Source: Octopus bimaculoides (lineage: Eukaryota). Taken from it: a stretch of DNA of 64,000 nt. Of the stretch, positions 1 to 12,756 are shown in pieces. The translations under genes were made by a program, and so were the position numbers. A model generated the notes under the pieces. It did no database searches. It worked only from the letters and a program-made list of their open reading frames with translations, and was not told the origin of the DNA. The stretch lies in contig NC_068986.1 of the NCBI RefSeq assembly GCF_001194135.2, positions 67,251,507-67,315,506 on the forward strand, written 5' to 3'. The first letter of the stretch is position 1, and each line of letters opens with the position of its first letter.

Positions 1-50
1 CCATCCACCCATCCATCCATCCATCCATCCATCCATCCATCCATCCATAC
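1..50. repeat. (CCAT)n microsatellite
   Basis: Direct tetranucleotide run from the window start. Confidence 0.95.
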
Positions 51-871
51 GCCTATACAAGCATGGTGGTAGGAATTATATTTCGAGCAATGTCATTGAT
101 TGTTTGATTAATGTAGCAGAGAAAAGGTTTTTCAGCCCTGCTAGGGACTGACACTCTTTTGTACAGCTGCTACTTGAGTACCAGGTGTTCAGAGATCTTA
201 TCATCCATGTAATAGCTGCATTCATTCCATCATGGATTGTTTCATTTAGTGTTTGGTCTTATTCTGGCTACGGCCAGCCATAGTATACAACATATAATAA
301 AGATGTTAAAATTGAAAAAATTCAAGCCTTGTCTATTGCCAGCCCAACATTCTAAACAACGTATACATTCGCCCCAAAAGAATTACTTTAAATCATTTGA
401 TGCACAAACTAAGTCACAGCTGTTACACCAGCTATTAGATGGGCGTTGTGTTCATCCACACTGTCAGGGATATACTTACCGTCCTCCAGTACGTCTAACG
501 AAAACTAACTTTAGCAAACAGGGTTTATATGGATGTTGGTGAGGTCGTATGGATGTCAGTTAGAGAGGTTGTACTGGGTTATATGTTACCATTACAACTA
601 AGAGTGACCTGCGAAGATACTGCATGTGTACTTGACCGAAACACAAACCATGAAAGAAATTGATCATTTGAAAAACTTGGCATAGATTATCGACAAGTAT
701 TTCACATCTCACTTTAAAGGCTAGCCCCATGCAATTTAAGGACAAGCGATACACACCAACTATCTTCAGAACAAAAGGCAGTAAACAGACAACAAACGTA
801 AGCAGTGCAAAGCCAAGATTGAAGACATCAACAACGTTATTGCTAATTGTGAAAGAGCGTCTGCCAGATAT

Positions 872-873
872 TA

Positions 874-928
<55 letters not shown>

Positions 929-939
929 ATATATATATA
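872..939. repeat. (ATCT)n/(AT)n compound microsatellite adjoining an assembly gap
   Basis: Direct; N-run 940-1009 follows. Confidence 0.95.
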
Positions 940-1176
940 NNNNNNNNNNNNNNNNNNNNNNNNNNNNNNNNNNNNNNNNNNNNNNNNNNNNNNNNNNNNN
1001 NNNNNNNNNTATATTACATTAATTAACAAGAGATGGATTCGGTATAAAACGTTCATTGGGTAAAACATATGAAGTACACTACGACTGAAGATGACAACTG
1101 GTAACCCGACCTCTGCCGGTGCAATACTCAACATTTAAACACACTAATCGACTAATACTTACTTGCCCAAATTATT

Positions 1177-1210
<34 letters not shown>

Positions 1211-1213
<3 letters not shown>

Positions 1214-1716
1214 TCTTTTATTTGTTTTAGTCATTTAACTGCAGCCATACTGGAGCACCACCTTTAGTCGAACAAATGGACCCCACCCCGGTTTCACGCT
1301 ATTTCCGCTCTACCGGTTATTCATTACAACCCCTGTCTGTGTTCAGATTGTCTTTGCACAGGGACCATCCGGGCTCCCGCTTTTGCCCTGAACAGGAATT
1401 AGTTTTGTTTTTTCACGCCTTTGCGCCACATGGGCTCAACTTCCCTCGTCTCGTCATCTGACCCCCTCCTCTCCTCTCTTCATTTGACACCTACCTCCTC
1501 TCTTCACCAACATCAGTTGTCTAGCGATAGTGGGTGGGGGGACAAACATAGACACACAAACACAAACACACATATATATATATATACTACGAGCTTCTTT
1601 GTGTTTCTGTCTACCACATCCACTCACAAGGCCTTGGTCGGCCCGAGGCTATAGTAGAAGACACCTGCACAGGGTGCCCCTATCCGTGACATCAACTTAC
1701 CACACAGCCATTCCAT
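1211..1716 (-). mobile_element. SINE family A copy (tRNA-like head, CORE-like body), interrupted by a Penelope fragment
   Basis: Shares blocks agtcatttaactgcagccatactggagcacc, cacaaggccttggtcggcccgaggctatagtagaagacac and ccacacagcc with at least 10 other copies in the window. Confidence 0.85.
1286..1507 (+). mobile_element. Penelope-like element fragment (end of GIY-YIG ORF plus start of 3' UTR)
   Basis: Aligns to 5297-5517 with about 17 mismatches and 1 indel over ~222 bp (hand count); same C-terminal peptide SRYFRSTG...QELVLFFHAFA.HGLN.PRL.I*. Confidence 0.9.
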
Positions 1717-1721
1717 ATTCA

Positions 1722-2003
1722 TATGTGTGGTCTGATCAATAATTATCTGAACTGTTGCCATAGTAACGAAGCTAAAACATGTTGAGTAAAGTCGCTTGTT
1801 AAAGATTAACCTTGAACACTGCTGTGCATGTGCACTAAGTTTTAATGTTCTAGCTCTCTTCCGATGTTTACTTCAGTGCTTGGAAGGAACGTGTGTAGCG
1901 TGTATTCGTTGCATTGACCATGGAGGAGAAAGTTGAACAGAGGATCTGTATAAAATTTTGCCAAAAGCTTGATCATGCCTGCTCAGTGGCCCACGCAAAA
2001 GTT
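1722..2003 (+). mobile_element. mariner transposon 5' fragment (left TIR and transposase N-terminus)
   Basis: TIR-like ggtctgatcaataattatctgaactgttgccatagtaac, also seen at 15977; encodes MEEKVEQRICIKFCQKL, a typical mariner HTH start. Confidence 0.85.
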
Positions 2004-2440
2004 TCAAAAAGTTTTCATCGTTCTCGACACAATCAAGGAAATTTTGTGCAACTGAAACCCGAGTGTCTTTTTGGTCAACTGAAAGCAGTTTTGGCACAAA
2101 CTTGGCAGACACGCATCTCATTCCCAAATCTTCAGAGATAATGGACTGAAGTGAACCGTAATGAATATGCACATCTTCTGATAATTCACGGATGGTGACT
2201 CTACGATTTCCACTCACAGCTGCACGCACACCGGCGATGTTTTTCTCAGTTCTGCTGGTTGCTAGTCTCTCAGAACGTTCGTCACTATCGATATTTTTTG
2301 GCCATCTTGGAAACGTCTGAACCACTCGTACACTTGTTTGTGGCTCATACATTCCTCTCCATACACCCTCTACAACTTTGCGTAGGCCTCTAAGCTGGTA
2401 ACGCCATAACAACTTGAATATAAAACGGCGACAATTATAC
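1996..2440 (-). mobile_element. mariner transposase internal fragment, inverted relative to the adjacent copy
   Basis: ORF 1873-2442(-) contains NRRVTIRELSEDVHIHYGSLQSIISEDLGMRCVSAKFVPKLLSVDQKDTRV...DENFLK (second HTH and the WVPR(K)LL-type linker). Confidence 0.9.
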
Positions 2441-3329
2441 ATTTAAAGAACATATAGAAACTCATATACATACNNNNNNNNNNNNNNNNNNNNNNNNNNN
2501 NNNNNNNNNNNNNNNNNNNNNNNNNNNNNNNNNNNNNNNNNNNNNNNNNNNNNNNNNNNNNNNNNNNNNNNNNNNTATATATATATATATCCGCATACAT
2601 GCATATATACAAACATATTCATACATACACTCTCATACACACACATATGTACTCATATATATGCATATTTAAATACGTTATCCATACATAATAACTTGAA
2701 GACATAATCCATAAAATGCAGTTGTTCATTAAATTCCGCGAACACAATTTAATTTAGTATAGATTTATCTATATATTTTTATATTTAATTATTTTGAAAA
2801 ACTTGAATTAGCGTATTGAAATACATCGCGAAGTAATATGATTAAAAATATACTATTTAATAAGAAATCCTATGTCATAGGTGAAGTTTTGTTCTGGTCG
2901 AAGGTTGCAAAAGCTGGATAATAGTAACAAGATCGATAACAAGAAAGGGAAGGGAAACAGCAATTGTTATTCGGAAATTAATAAACTCTAAAGTTTTTGT
3001 TAATCAGAGATAGGATTAAGTTTAGACATTTATCCTGTGGCCAATTACCTAGAGAGCATTTTTATAAGTGCAAATACACTTTCTAATGTATAATAAAGTA
3101 TGTTTCAATATGCGGAACTGTTTGGTTCTGTGTGTTTGTGTGTTTGTCATTCGTTTTTAAATGGGGATGAATGCTTATTACCCTTTGCAATTAATACTGC
3201 TTCTGTCACTAATAATTGACTGTTACATCAACCTCCTCCCCCACGCATTTCCTTCTCTCTCTCCTTCCAGCCTTCCACTGTCCTCACCACCCCTACGCGC
3301 TTCAGTCTGTTACTACCATTCCTCCTGAT

Positions 3330-5472
3330 CTTCCCCTCTCTAAGGCGGAGCGCTCTCTTCTCTGGGGGTCTGCGTTTTATCCCCCTCACTCCATCCTGCA
3401 ACAAATTTCAGACCCGTGCCGATATTCATAGCTTTGTGTGCCGTATCAGGCTATATGCACTATTCCACAACACTTCACCTACATCTAACGAAGAGAACTG
3501 CTTCACCAACTTGGGCCACCGATATCCCACTAGACGCCAGCTCATGGGTAGTTTCAATCAGTTGTTCATTTTGCAGACAACTGCCAACATGTTGGGGACC
3601 GGTTTAACTTTCGCAGGCATCTCTGACATCTGAACATCTCACCGGCCGAACTCTCGGCCCTTCGATGTCTCCGACGTCGCAAAGACATCATCATTAAACC
3701 GGCCGACAAGGGTGGAGCCGTGGTGGTGTAGTGCGCATAACTCTACAAGGCTGAATCTCTCCGCCAACTTCAAGACACCTCCTACTGCCCTCTGCCCTCC
3801 AACTCCAGGCCTAGCTACAAAGAGACTGTGTCCTCCACTATCCATGGCCTCATCTTATACTCCCGTCTCTCTCCCATCGCCTCCAACCTCATTGGCCGCA
3901 CTCTACACACAACCACCATTTACTAACTTCCCAAAATCTACAAACGCAACAGCCCTGGTCACTCCATCGTCTCCGCCTGTAACTGCCCCACGGAACTGAT
4001 CATGAAATACCTCGACCATGTCCTTGCCTCCTAGTGCCTTCCCTCCTCTCCCGTATCCACAACACTAAACCATGCTCTCCGTCGTTTCAACTTTTTCTCC
4101 TTCCCTCCTGGCTTCTCTAAACTTCTCTTCACTCTTGATATAAAGAGTTTATATACGGTGATCCCACACACCGAAGGTTTTCTTACCCTCAAACACTTCC
4201 TAGACCTTCGGCCCAACCCCCAACCTGACACATCCACACTTCTTTGCCTGGCCGAATTTGTTCTCTCCTTCAACTGGTTTTCGTTCGCGAGGGAGTTTTA
4301 ACACCGTTCTCGGGAGTGGCCATGGGAACGAGAATGGACCCCAGTTATGCGAACCTGGTCGCTCAAATATTTTCAAGGTTCACTGAACCCACTCCCGAAC
4401 AATACGGTCCTTATATTGATGACTCTGTCGGTTCGACCTCACTTTCCCACGAACAACTAGACTCCTTCCTCACTTTTGTCCACTGCTTCCATCCTGCCAT
4501 CGAATTCTCTTGCACTATTTCCAACATTTCCGTCGCCTTTCGCAGACATTTCAGTCAATATACACAGCTCCGCTCTCAATACCTCCATCCACTACAAACA
4601 CACCAACTCACACTCGTAACTCAACTTCTCCTCTCCCACCGTAACCACACCAAGCTCTCAACCCCCTACTCCCAATTTCTCCGTCTGCGCAGACTCTGTA
4701 GTGACAACCATGACTTTGAAACTCAGTCTCAACTCATGGCTTACCACTTCACACTCGTGGATATCCCCTCACCACTGAGGATATCCACACGCAAGCTCTG
4801 CCAGAACACTTCCGTAGTCCGTGCATATGTTCTCTCTCCTCCGCACCCACCTCACCGTTGCTTGTCTTCCGTTTCCCCTTACCTACCTCCCTTCCACCCT
4901 GCTCCTCCAATGTACCATTCTCCGACCCTTCCGGCAACACCAGTCCGACCCTCCACTTCATACATTTTCCCAAACCTACCACCCCCTCCTTCAAACGAGC
5001 CTACAACCTACGTGACAACCTGGTCCACAGCTTCTTCCCTAACCCCACCTCACAACCTGGCTCGTTACCCAGTGCCGCCCATACTGCCGCATCTGTTCAT
5101 ACCTCTCCATAACCACCACCCTCACAGGCTCATCATCGTCCCTATCATATCACTGACTCCTTTACCTGCACTTCTAGCAACGTCATTTACTGCATCTCCT
5201 GTTCTTTCTGCCCTTCTCTCTACATCGGTCAAACAGAACGCTGCTTCGCTGACCGGTTCGTGGAGCACATCCGAGACATTGGACTCGGAAATGATTCCCC
5301 GGTCTCGCGCTATTTCCGCTCTACCGGTAGTCCATTACAACCCCTGTCTGTTTTCGGATTGTCTTTGCACAGGGGCCATCCGGGCTCCCGCGTTTGCCCT
5401 AAACAGGAATTAGTATTGTTTTTTCACGCCTTTGCATCACATGGGCTCAACTTGCCTCGTCTCTTCATCTGA
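3330..5472 (+). pseudogene. Disrupted Penelope RT/GIY-YIG polyprotein
   Basis: Motifs are spread over several frames with stops; ORF-track pieces 4244-5413, 4858-5112 and 5260-5472. Confidence 0.88.
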
Positions 5473-6108
5473 CCCCCCCTCTCTTCTCTTCATCTGACAC
5501 CTACCTCCTCTCTTCACTCCTATCCACCTCTCCTCTCCTCTCTTGCCTTGACACTTCCTCTCTGCACTCCTGCCCACTTTCTGCCTTTATTGATACCCGC
5601 TCCATACCCCCAACCCGCACGTCCCACGCCCACATAATCCACCCTACCCCTACAACTCCAACTCCACTTCCACATCCTCACCCCAGCTCACATCCTCACC
5701 CCAAGCGCACGCCTCGCCCTCACACCTCCACATCCCACACCACCATACCACATGACACCGCAAACCACTACAGCAACACACCACATTACACCACACCACA
5801 TTACACCACACTACACCACTCCACACACACTAGCACTGACCACTTTCCAGCTTCCACACCATCATGCACAAACCCACACATTACAAATGCACACACTCAC
5901 GCATACGTCCATACGTCAAAGTCACTAACCCCTATCCACACGCACACACTTACTCCCACATACGCAAACGCACACCTTCGTTTTGGGATCACCAGTACTT
6001 GTTGTCTCCCCTTCTTCCTAGCTCTCCTGTCCAACTACCTTTTCCCAATCAGTCACCATGATTGACCGCTAAATCCAGTTTTATTTTTCTGTTTATATCC
6101 TCGTTTTC

Positions 6109-6144
6109 CTTTCTGTTGAAGAGCGTAGGCTCGAAATGTAAAAG
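6109..6144 (+). ncRNA. Degenerate minimal (type I) hammerhead-ribozyme-like motif in the Penelope 3' region
   Basis: cttt-CTGTTGA-a-GAGC(gtag)GCTC-GAAA-tg-TA-aaag: stem I cttt/aaag, 4-bp stem II, GAAA and UH. Core A6 and the stem III C are substituted. Confidence 0.5.
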
Positions 6145-6569
6145 ACTTTCTCACCTTCCCGAACGTCAAACTAATACACCTAAAAATTGTTTATACACCT
6201 GTCTTCGTCTTTTGTTTTCCTGTAAATTTCAACTATACAACTAAGTATATTATTGTTCATAATACCAGTGGCTTAGAATGCGTAAAAAAGACATAACGGT
6301 ATAAATTATCAATTTATATGTTTGACTTTAATTTGACAGTTAAATATAGCCTTATACAGAAATGTTGACATAGGAATAAATTTCAATAATAATGGATATC
6401 AGCGTCAAAACTCTTTTAAATTCAAAATTTTGGATATATAACCAAGGAGAACGATCCTTAAGGAGTCTACTTTAGATTTTTGCGGAGAAATCTCTTGCTA
6501 TATTGGTACCTGTTACATATTTTTCTCATCATCAACACATTATGGAGATATGAACATATGAACATATGA

Positions 6570-6606
<37 letters not shown>

Positions 6607-7125
6607 NNNNNNNNNNNNNNNNNNNNNNNNNNNNNNNNNNNNNNNNNNNNNNNNNNNNNNNNNNNNNNNNNNNNNNNNNNNNNNNNNNNNNNNNNNNNNN
6701 NNNNNNNNNNNNNNNNNNNNNNNNNNNNNNNNNNNNNNNNNNNNNNNNNNNNNNNNNNNNNNNNNNNNNNNNNNNNNNNNNNNNNNNNNNNNNNNNNNNN
6801 NNNNNNNNNNNNNNNNNNNNNNNNNNNNNNNNNNNNNNNNNNNNNNNNNNNNNNNNNNNNNNNNNNNNNNNNNNNNNNNNNNNNNNNNNNNNNNNNNNNN
6901 NNNNNNNNNNNNNNNNNNNNNNNNNNNNNNNNNNNNNNNNNNNNNNNNNNNNNNNNNNNNNNNNNNNNNNNNNNNNNNNNNNNNNNNNNNNNNNNNNNNN
7001 NNNNNNNNNNNNNNNNNNNNNNNNNNNNNNNNNNNNNNNNNNNNNNNNNNNNNNNNNNNNNNNNNNNNNNNNNNNNNNNNNNNNNNNNNNNNNNNNNNNN
7101 NNNNNNNNNNNNNNNNNNNNNNNNN

Positions 7126-7160
<35 letters not shown>

Positions 7161-7750
7161 CATACATGTATATATATAATATGTATATATACACACACAT
7201 ATAAATACAGATACATATAATACATATATATGTATGTATGTACGTGTATGCATGAATGTACGTATGCGTGTGTATGTGTGTATGCATATATGTACGTATG
7301 CATGTATGTGTGTATGCATATATGTACGTATGCATGTATGTATATATGTATAAAATTCCTTTGTGAAACGGTGCATCGAAAATCAGATGAGACTATAAAT
7401 AATAGCATGTAGATATTGGGTTAAAAATCCCAAAGCCAGTCATATTTACATTAGTAGTGAGATTGAGCTCCATGAGCAAACTTCAACTTTTGCTGTCCAA
7501 AGCGTTTTTTGATTAACTATAAATAGATGGAACGATTCAAGAATTTCCTCTTGTCTAATTGTGGAACGCTTGTCATGTCTGCAGGACATGTGAGCTTTTG
7601 TCTCACAGACAGACTTCGAATCTTTCCATCCAAAAATGATTTTGAAACCCAATATATTCATGCTAAATATTATATTTGTGTCTAATATGCTTCGAGAACC
7701 AGTATTCCAAGAAAGATATATGTACGAATATAGATAGATACATTTGCAAA

Positions 7751-7784
<34 letters not shown>

Positions 7785-8867
7785 ATGCACATGTATCAAT
7801 ATACATAATGCATATGTTCAGAGTTGCCTCTCTTATGAACATCCCATTGACAAGAGTTACTAAACTCGAAATGTCGACCGGGTGTTTTCACACGTTTTCC
7901 CATAGGAGAGATATTTTCTGCACGGTAACTGCTGTATATTTGCCTTTTAGCAGCCGAATTATGTCACAAACTTATTTTAACTAATCTAAATTTTGCTTAT
8001 GCCTAAACACTGCTTAGCACTAACATTTCGTTATTTTCCTCAATCGAGCGATCTACCAGTGCAAGTCAGGCAACTTGTTGACTGAATTATATATAAAGCT
8101 ATTGCTTCGGAAGCCTGTTTGCCTCTTAGGTACATCCCATTGGCAAGAGTCAATGGTGACACTGAACAGGCCGGGTGTTTTCATACTTTTTAACACAAAG
8201 ATATTTTCTCCAACTCTGAAACCTTCACAGAATATAGACTAGGAGAGAAACTTATTTTCCATAATCGAATAAAGCTAATTTGAAAATATGATTGTTGTGC
8301 GCATTTGTAACAATATGCATAACGCGGAAATGAATGGTAATCATATATATCTCTATTAGGCTTTATCACTGCAAACGTAGAAAACATTTTGTTTACCTTC
8401 CTATAAAATTGTAACAATATCAGTGTTTTATTATTTTAAATAAAAGTGTAAGTAGCGAAATGTTTCCTATTAGAATTTGACAGGTCTGATTTACATAGCA
8501 GACATAACCACTTTAAATAATTAATCTGTTACTTTATTTTGATCATTATTTGTGAATTTATCAAACTTAAATTATACAAGCTCAGTTGAATACGCCAAAT
8601 AGAAATGAATACTTCTACCTCTCCACGATATACCAATTAGTTGATGCGTCCAGTGTCTGATAATTGATGTTTGGAGATAGTATGATGCTTTCAGTAAATA
8701 GAAAGAAATAACAAACTTTTATAAGAAGATATATATATCACTTTAGTCTATAATCATATGTATAGGTATTTTACTTTCAAGTTTAGAACTTGCTTAGTTT
8801 TATCTTAATCATATAACATAAGTTTAATATTATTATTTACATATCCATGTATACAGACATACATATA

Positions 8868-8911
8868 TGTGTGTGTGTGCTTATATATCTGACATACATA
8901 ATATAGGCATG

Positions 8912-9003
<92 letters not shown>

Positions 9004-9037
9004 TGTATGTATGTATGTATGTATGTATGTATGTATG
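8868..9037. repeat. (CA)n(TA)n(TATG)n compound microsatellite
   Basis: Direct. Confidence 0.9.
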
Positions 9038-9799
9038 AGGCGAAAGTATACGTATATATGAAGTATATATAGAGTCTGAAAATCATTAGTAGCCTGAACC
9101 GTATAAATTATTACTTTATCAGCTATCTCTCAAAGGATATTTGAGGTTTCGACTCCCAAGGACAGCACTAATTCGAGTTCTTTAACAACCATTGGGTTGA
9201 TACAGGGGAGAAGAGATACAATGATACCAAATATTTAGTTGTAGTGTTTGTTTCTGAGAATGGAAAATTTAATTAGATTATAGTTAAGTCTCAGCGACTA
9301 GAACGAGAAAGTAATACAGTAGTCTTTTTCTAGTGCACATACGTAACGATAGAAAAAAGGACGAGAAAAAACGGTTCATTCATCGAACAATAAAATTTGT
9401 GATAATCTATTGGAGAGACAAGGAAAATATTGTGGATCTAACAATGTCATATGGCTTATCGAATAGTTTCTACTGTTTCAATGTACTGCCTTCGTATTTC
9501 GGCACTGCTACACTCGAAATGTTCAAAGCCTTTGTCACCAAGCTCCAAAACTAAAAAAAAAAAAAAAAACCTTTACTTCATGTGCCGATTCCTAGCTCTT
9601 GACCCTAATCCTTGGAGAAAAAGTGTGACGACATTCTATCAACTAAGCCATTGTTTGGAGATCACTCCCAGTCATGTTTCATCCTTTCGCATAAGGTCGG
9701 ATAAAGAAACATGTACTCGTTCAAATCACATCAGACATCCACTTAACTTTTCTTCAAGGAAAGTGCTGACGGTCGAGGGAATCCCTTAGTACATCACTT

Positions 9800-12571
9800 C
9801 CGATGTCCATAGATATCCTCTTTTTCTTCGATTTTCAAAGTGATATTTATATCTGCAGAGCAGCTAACCTCTATGATGGTGCATACCTTTGCCCATCTGT
9901 CCCAAACAACAATATCCGGCCTGTTATTCTTACATTTGACAGAAGTTTTGATGGGAATATTCCACCAGTATTCCTGGAGTTGGATTTTTATGAATGTATT
10001 CCATAATACAGGGATTTTCTAAGTTTATTTCAGGATAATTCTTCTTTGCGGATAACATTGTAAAATGTTTCAGCAACAACATCGTACCGCATAGGGGAGT
10101 AGTACTGTGACGACATTTTAAGGCAGCTGCTAATTACATGCGTAATGTCTTCAACAGAATCATGACATAGCCAACACATGCGGTTGCACCTTGGCATTAC
10201 AATAGCGTCACTGTCTCTCTTGTTCACCAGGTACTTTTGTGGCAATCTTCTGTTCCTGGATTGCAAACGCATAGCCTTCAAAGTGTGGTCTGATGTAGTG
10301 GTCTTGTGCTTCGTGTCAATTCTACTATCTTCAAGATTCCGGATAGCATACACATTCATGGTCTTTTTTCTTTTGTATGCTGAGTGCTTCCCATCCAGGT
10401 TTTCTCTGAGATAAGAGAGCCCAGCTGATTTGGGGCTGTATAGGATATCATCAGGAAGAGAGTATTTCTTGAGGAGTTCACTGCCAACTCGTACAGTGCT
10501 GCTCACTTCACTATTCACGACTGCTTTAATATATTTAGTTTTGCTGCTGTTGTTTAACAGGTACTGCCTGAGTGATACCATACGGCATTCGAAGGCCATC
10601 TGCACTGATCTCAAGCCTTTTCCACCTTTATTTCTTCTTAGGTAGAGCCTTCAACATCTGTAGAAGTCCCCAGTTGTCAGGATTTTGCGGGTTTTGATAT
10701 CTATGAACTGAATTTCCTCTACAGACCAATCCAGTATCCCAAATAATGGGATCAGCACTGGTACTGCAAATGCATCGTGGGATATTGTTTTGTTGTAAGA
10801 TGAATGTTCCGACTGCCATATTTTCCAAAGTCTGGTATAATAGTCTCGGGTCACTCTATCTTTATTCACAGTGCCTTCATATGACACATTTTCGTCTATG
10901 TCTAGGTACTTGTAACATTCTGTGTGTGGAATGGGAGAGATACAGAGTTTAGGGTTAGGGCGACTGTCTTTCCTCGTTCTATTACCAAATATGAACATTT
11001 CTTTTGGCCATATTCCATGCCTATATCAGCTGAAAATGTTATTAATTCCAGTTATTTAATTTTTTTTTTTTTTGACATTGTGAACACTTTTAGCATAAAT
11101 CTTCAGGTCGTCTACAAACGAATTATGAGTTACATTGATATTTCTGGCAGTTGAAGATCCTAGCATGTAACCATTTGTTTTCTGCAGTAGGAGCGATAAT
11201 GGATTCAGTGCCAAAATAAAAAGAAGTACAGAACGACTATCTCCTTGGAATACTCCCTTTGTAATGCCTATACTATTAGAAACAATTATTCGGTTCTCAG
11301 TTGTAAGGTTAAAAATAGTTGTCCATGTCTTTGTGAGTCTCACTATAGCAGCAATTAATGTAGAAGGTACCTTTGCCAGATGTAGGCACTTCAATAGCCA
11401 TGAATGAGGGATAGAGTCGAATGTCTTCTTATAGTCAAGCCATACTGTCACAAGGGTTCTGCGTTGTTTTCTTACTTCAAACAGCACAGCTTTGTTTATT
11501 AAAAATTGTTCGGCGCATACCCACGTTCCCTTCTTTCCAGAAGCCTGTTCATCAGTCACAATGTTGTCCGACTCACAATGGGCCTGGAAGAATTGGTTGA
11601 AGCAACTTCTGTACAGTTTGTACATAATGTTTAGGCAAGCAATGGGCCTGTAGTTTCCTGCCATCTCGGTGATTTCATTTTTGGCAATAAGATTTGTCCT
11701 TGCTGTTGCAAGCCAATGTGATATATCAATCTGACCTTCCAGAGTCCTTTGCAATATACATATCAATTGGTTTGTATAAAATGTCAGCTCCTTGTACCAA
11801 TATCCAACTATTAGATCTATCCCAGGTGCTTTCCCATTCTACTGTTTGCCTACTACTATAGCGCAGGTTTCTGCATCAATTCTGTATGTCTTACTGTTAG
11901 TATTGGTACAGTATTCTCTCTCAATTATATTTAACCATAATGCATTCAGGTTGAAATCCCTATATTCGTTCCAAATTTTTGACTAGAATGGTTGTACATT
12001 TTCTTGGTAGGGGGCTTTCTTAATGGTAATGTTTTCCTTTCTCGTCTCTCTGTAAAATGCTTGTGTGTTGGAAGCAAACAATTGATACTGGCTCGCTCAA
12101 AAATTCGATTGTGATAGCGAAGTTTCTCGCTCATCGTACTCAGTTCATGTCTTAAAGTGATTAGCTTCCCATCAAGAGATCGGTGTGTTGAGTTGCCATA
12201 AAGTTTCATTTAAGGTAGAGTTGGTGAAGTGTGAAGTGTAACTCACTTTTCTCAAATTTTACTGTTGTAGTTAACCATCCAATATAGCGGCGCACGTCGT
12301 TGATGTTTTCTTCCAGTTTTGTTTTCCATCTAGGTTGTTTCCGTTTTGTAATTTCGTTACTTTGTTCGCTGTAGATTTCTCCTAGGGGTTCTTTAAGAGT
12401 ATTAATATTCTAGTAATTAACATCACATGATTCCTTGTGCTCTCTAGCAACATCATTGATAACCTTAAACGTTAGAACGGTCAGATTTTTTCTCACTCGT
12501 GTTGGGAATAGTCTGTTTGTTGCTCAACGAAAGCTTCGAGAAAGTAGCAATTTTTTTGCGAATTGTAATTT
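9800..12571 (-). mobile_element. R4/Dong-type non-LTR retrotransposon (RT, CCHC knuckle, restriction-like endonuclease), truncated and decayed
   Basis: RT: NYRPIACLNIMYKLY, WLDYKKTFDSIPHSWL, GVFQGDS, SFVDDLKIY (11056-11766). CWLCHDSVEDITHVISSC knuckle (~10200-10140). RLE WNIPIKTSVKCKNNRPDIVVWD...CTIIEVSCSADINI..KIEEKEDIYG (~9970-9800). Confidence 0.9.
11056..11766 (-). pseudogene. Reverse transcriptase domain of the R4/Dong-type element (longest open stretch)
   Basis: 236-aa ORF spanning the non-LTR RT motifs up to xVDD; frameshifts on both sides. Confidence 0.9.
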
Positions 12572-12713
12572 TATGTATGTATGTATGTATGTATGTATGT
12601 ATGTTTGTATGTATGTATGTATGTATGTATGTATGTATGCATGCATGTATACATGTATGTATGCATGTATGTTTATGTGTGTATGTATGTATGAATGTAT
12701 GTATGTATGTATG

Positions 12714-12756
<43 letters not shown>

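Larger units (their letters stand above)
3200..6240 (+). mobile_element. Penelope-like retroelement (RT plus C-terminal GIY-YIG; Neptune-like EN), 5'-truncated and decayed
   Basis: Frame-shifted RT motifs DIIIKPADKGGAVVV (~3683), LDIKSLYTVIPH (~4132), GVAMGTRMDPSYANL (~4313), YIDD (~4411), YSQFLRLRRLCSD; EN motif FTCTSSNVIYCISCSFCPSLYIGQTERCFADRFVEHIRDI (5160-5280); long C-rich 3' UTR ending ...gtaaatttcaactata. Confidence 0.92.

Noticed and set aside
60-870. Moderately complex sequence with 60-100 aa ORFs (237-542, 560-754, 729-1022)
   Set aside because: No recognisable domain motif in any frame; may be an old transposon remnant but I cannot support a call.
5560-5860. C-rich tract with possible G-quadruplex on the minus strand
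   Set aside because: Part of the Penelope 3' UTR low-complexity region; G-runs are irregular and nothing indicates function.
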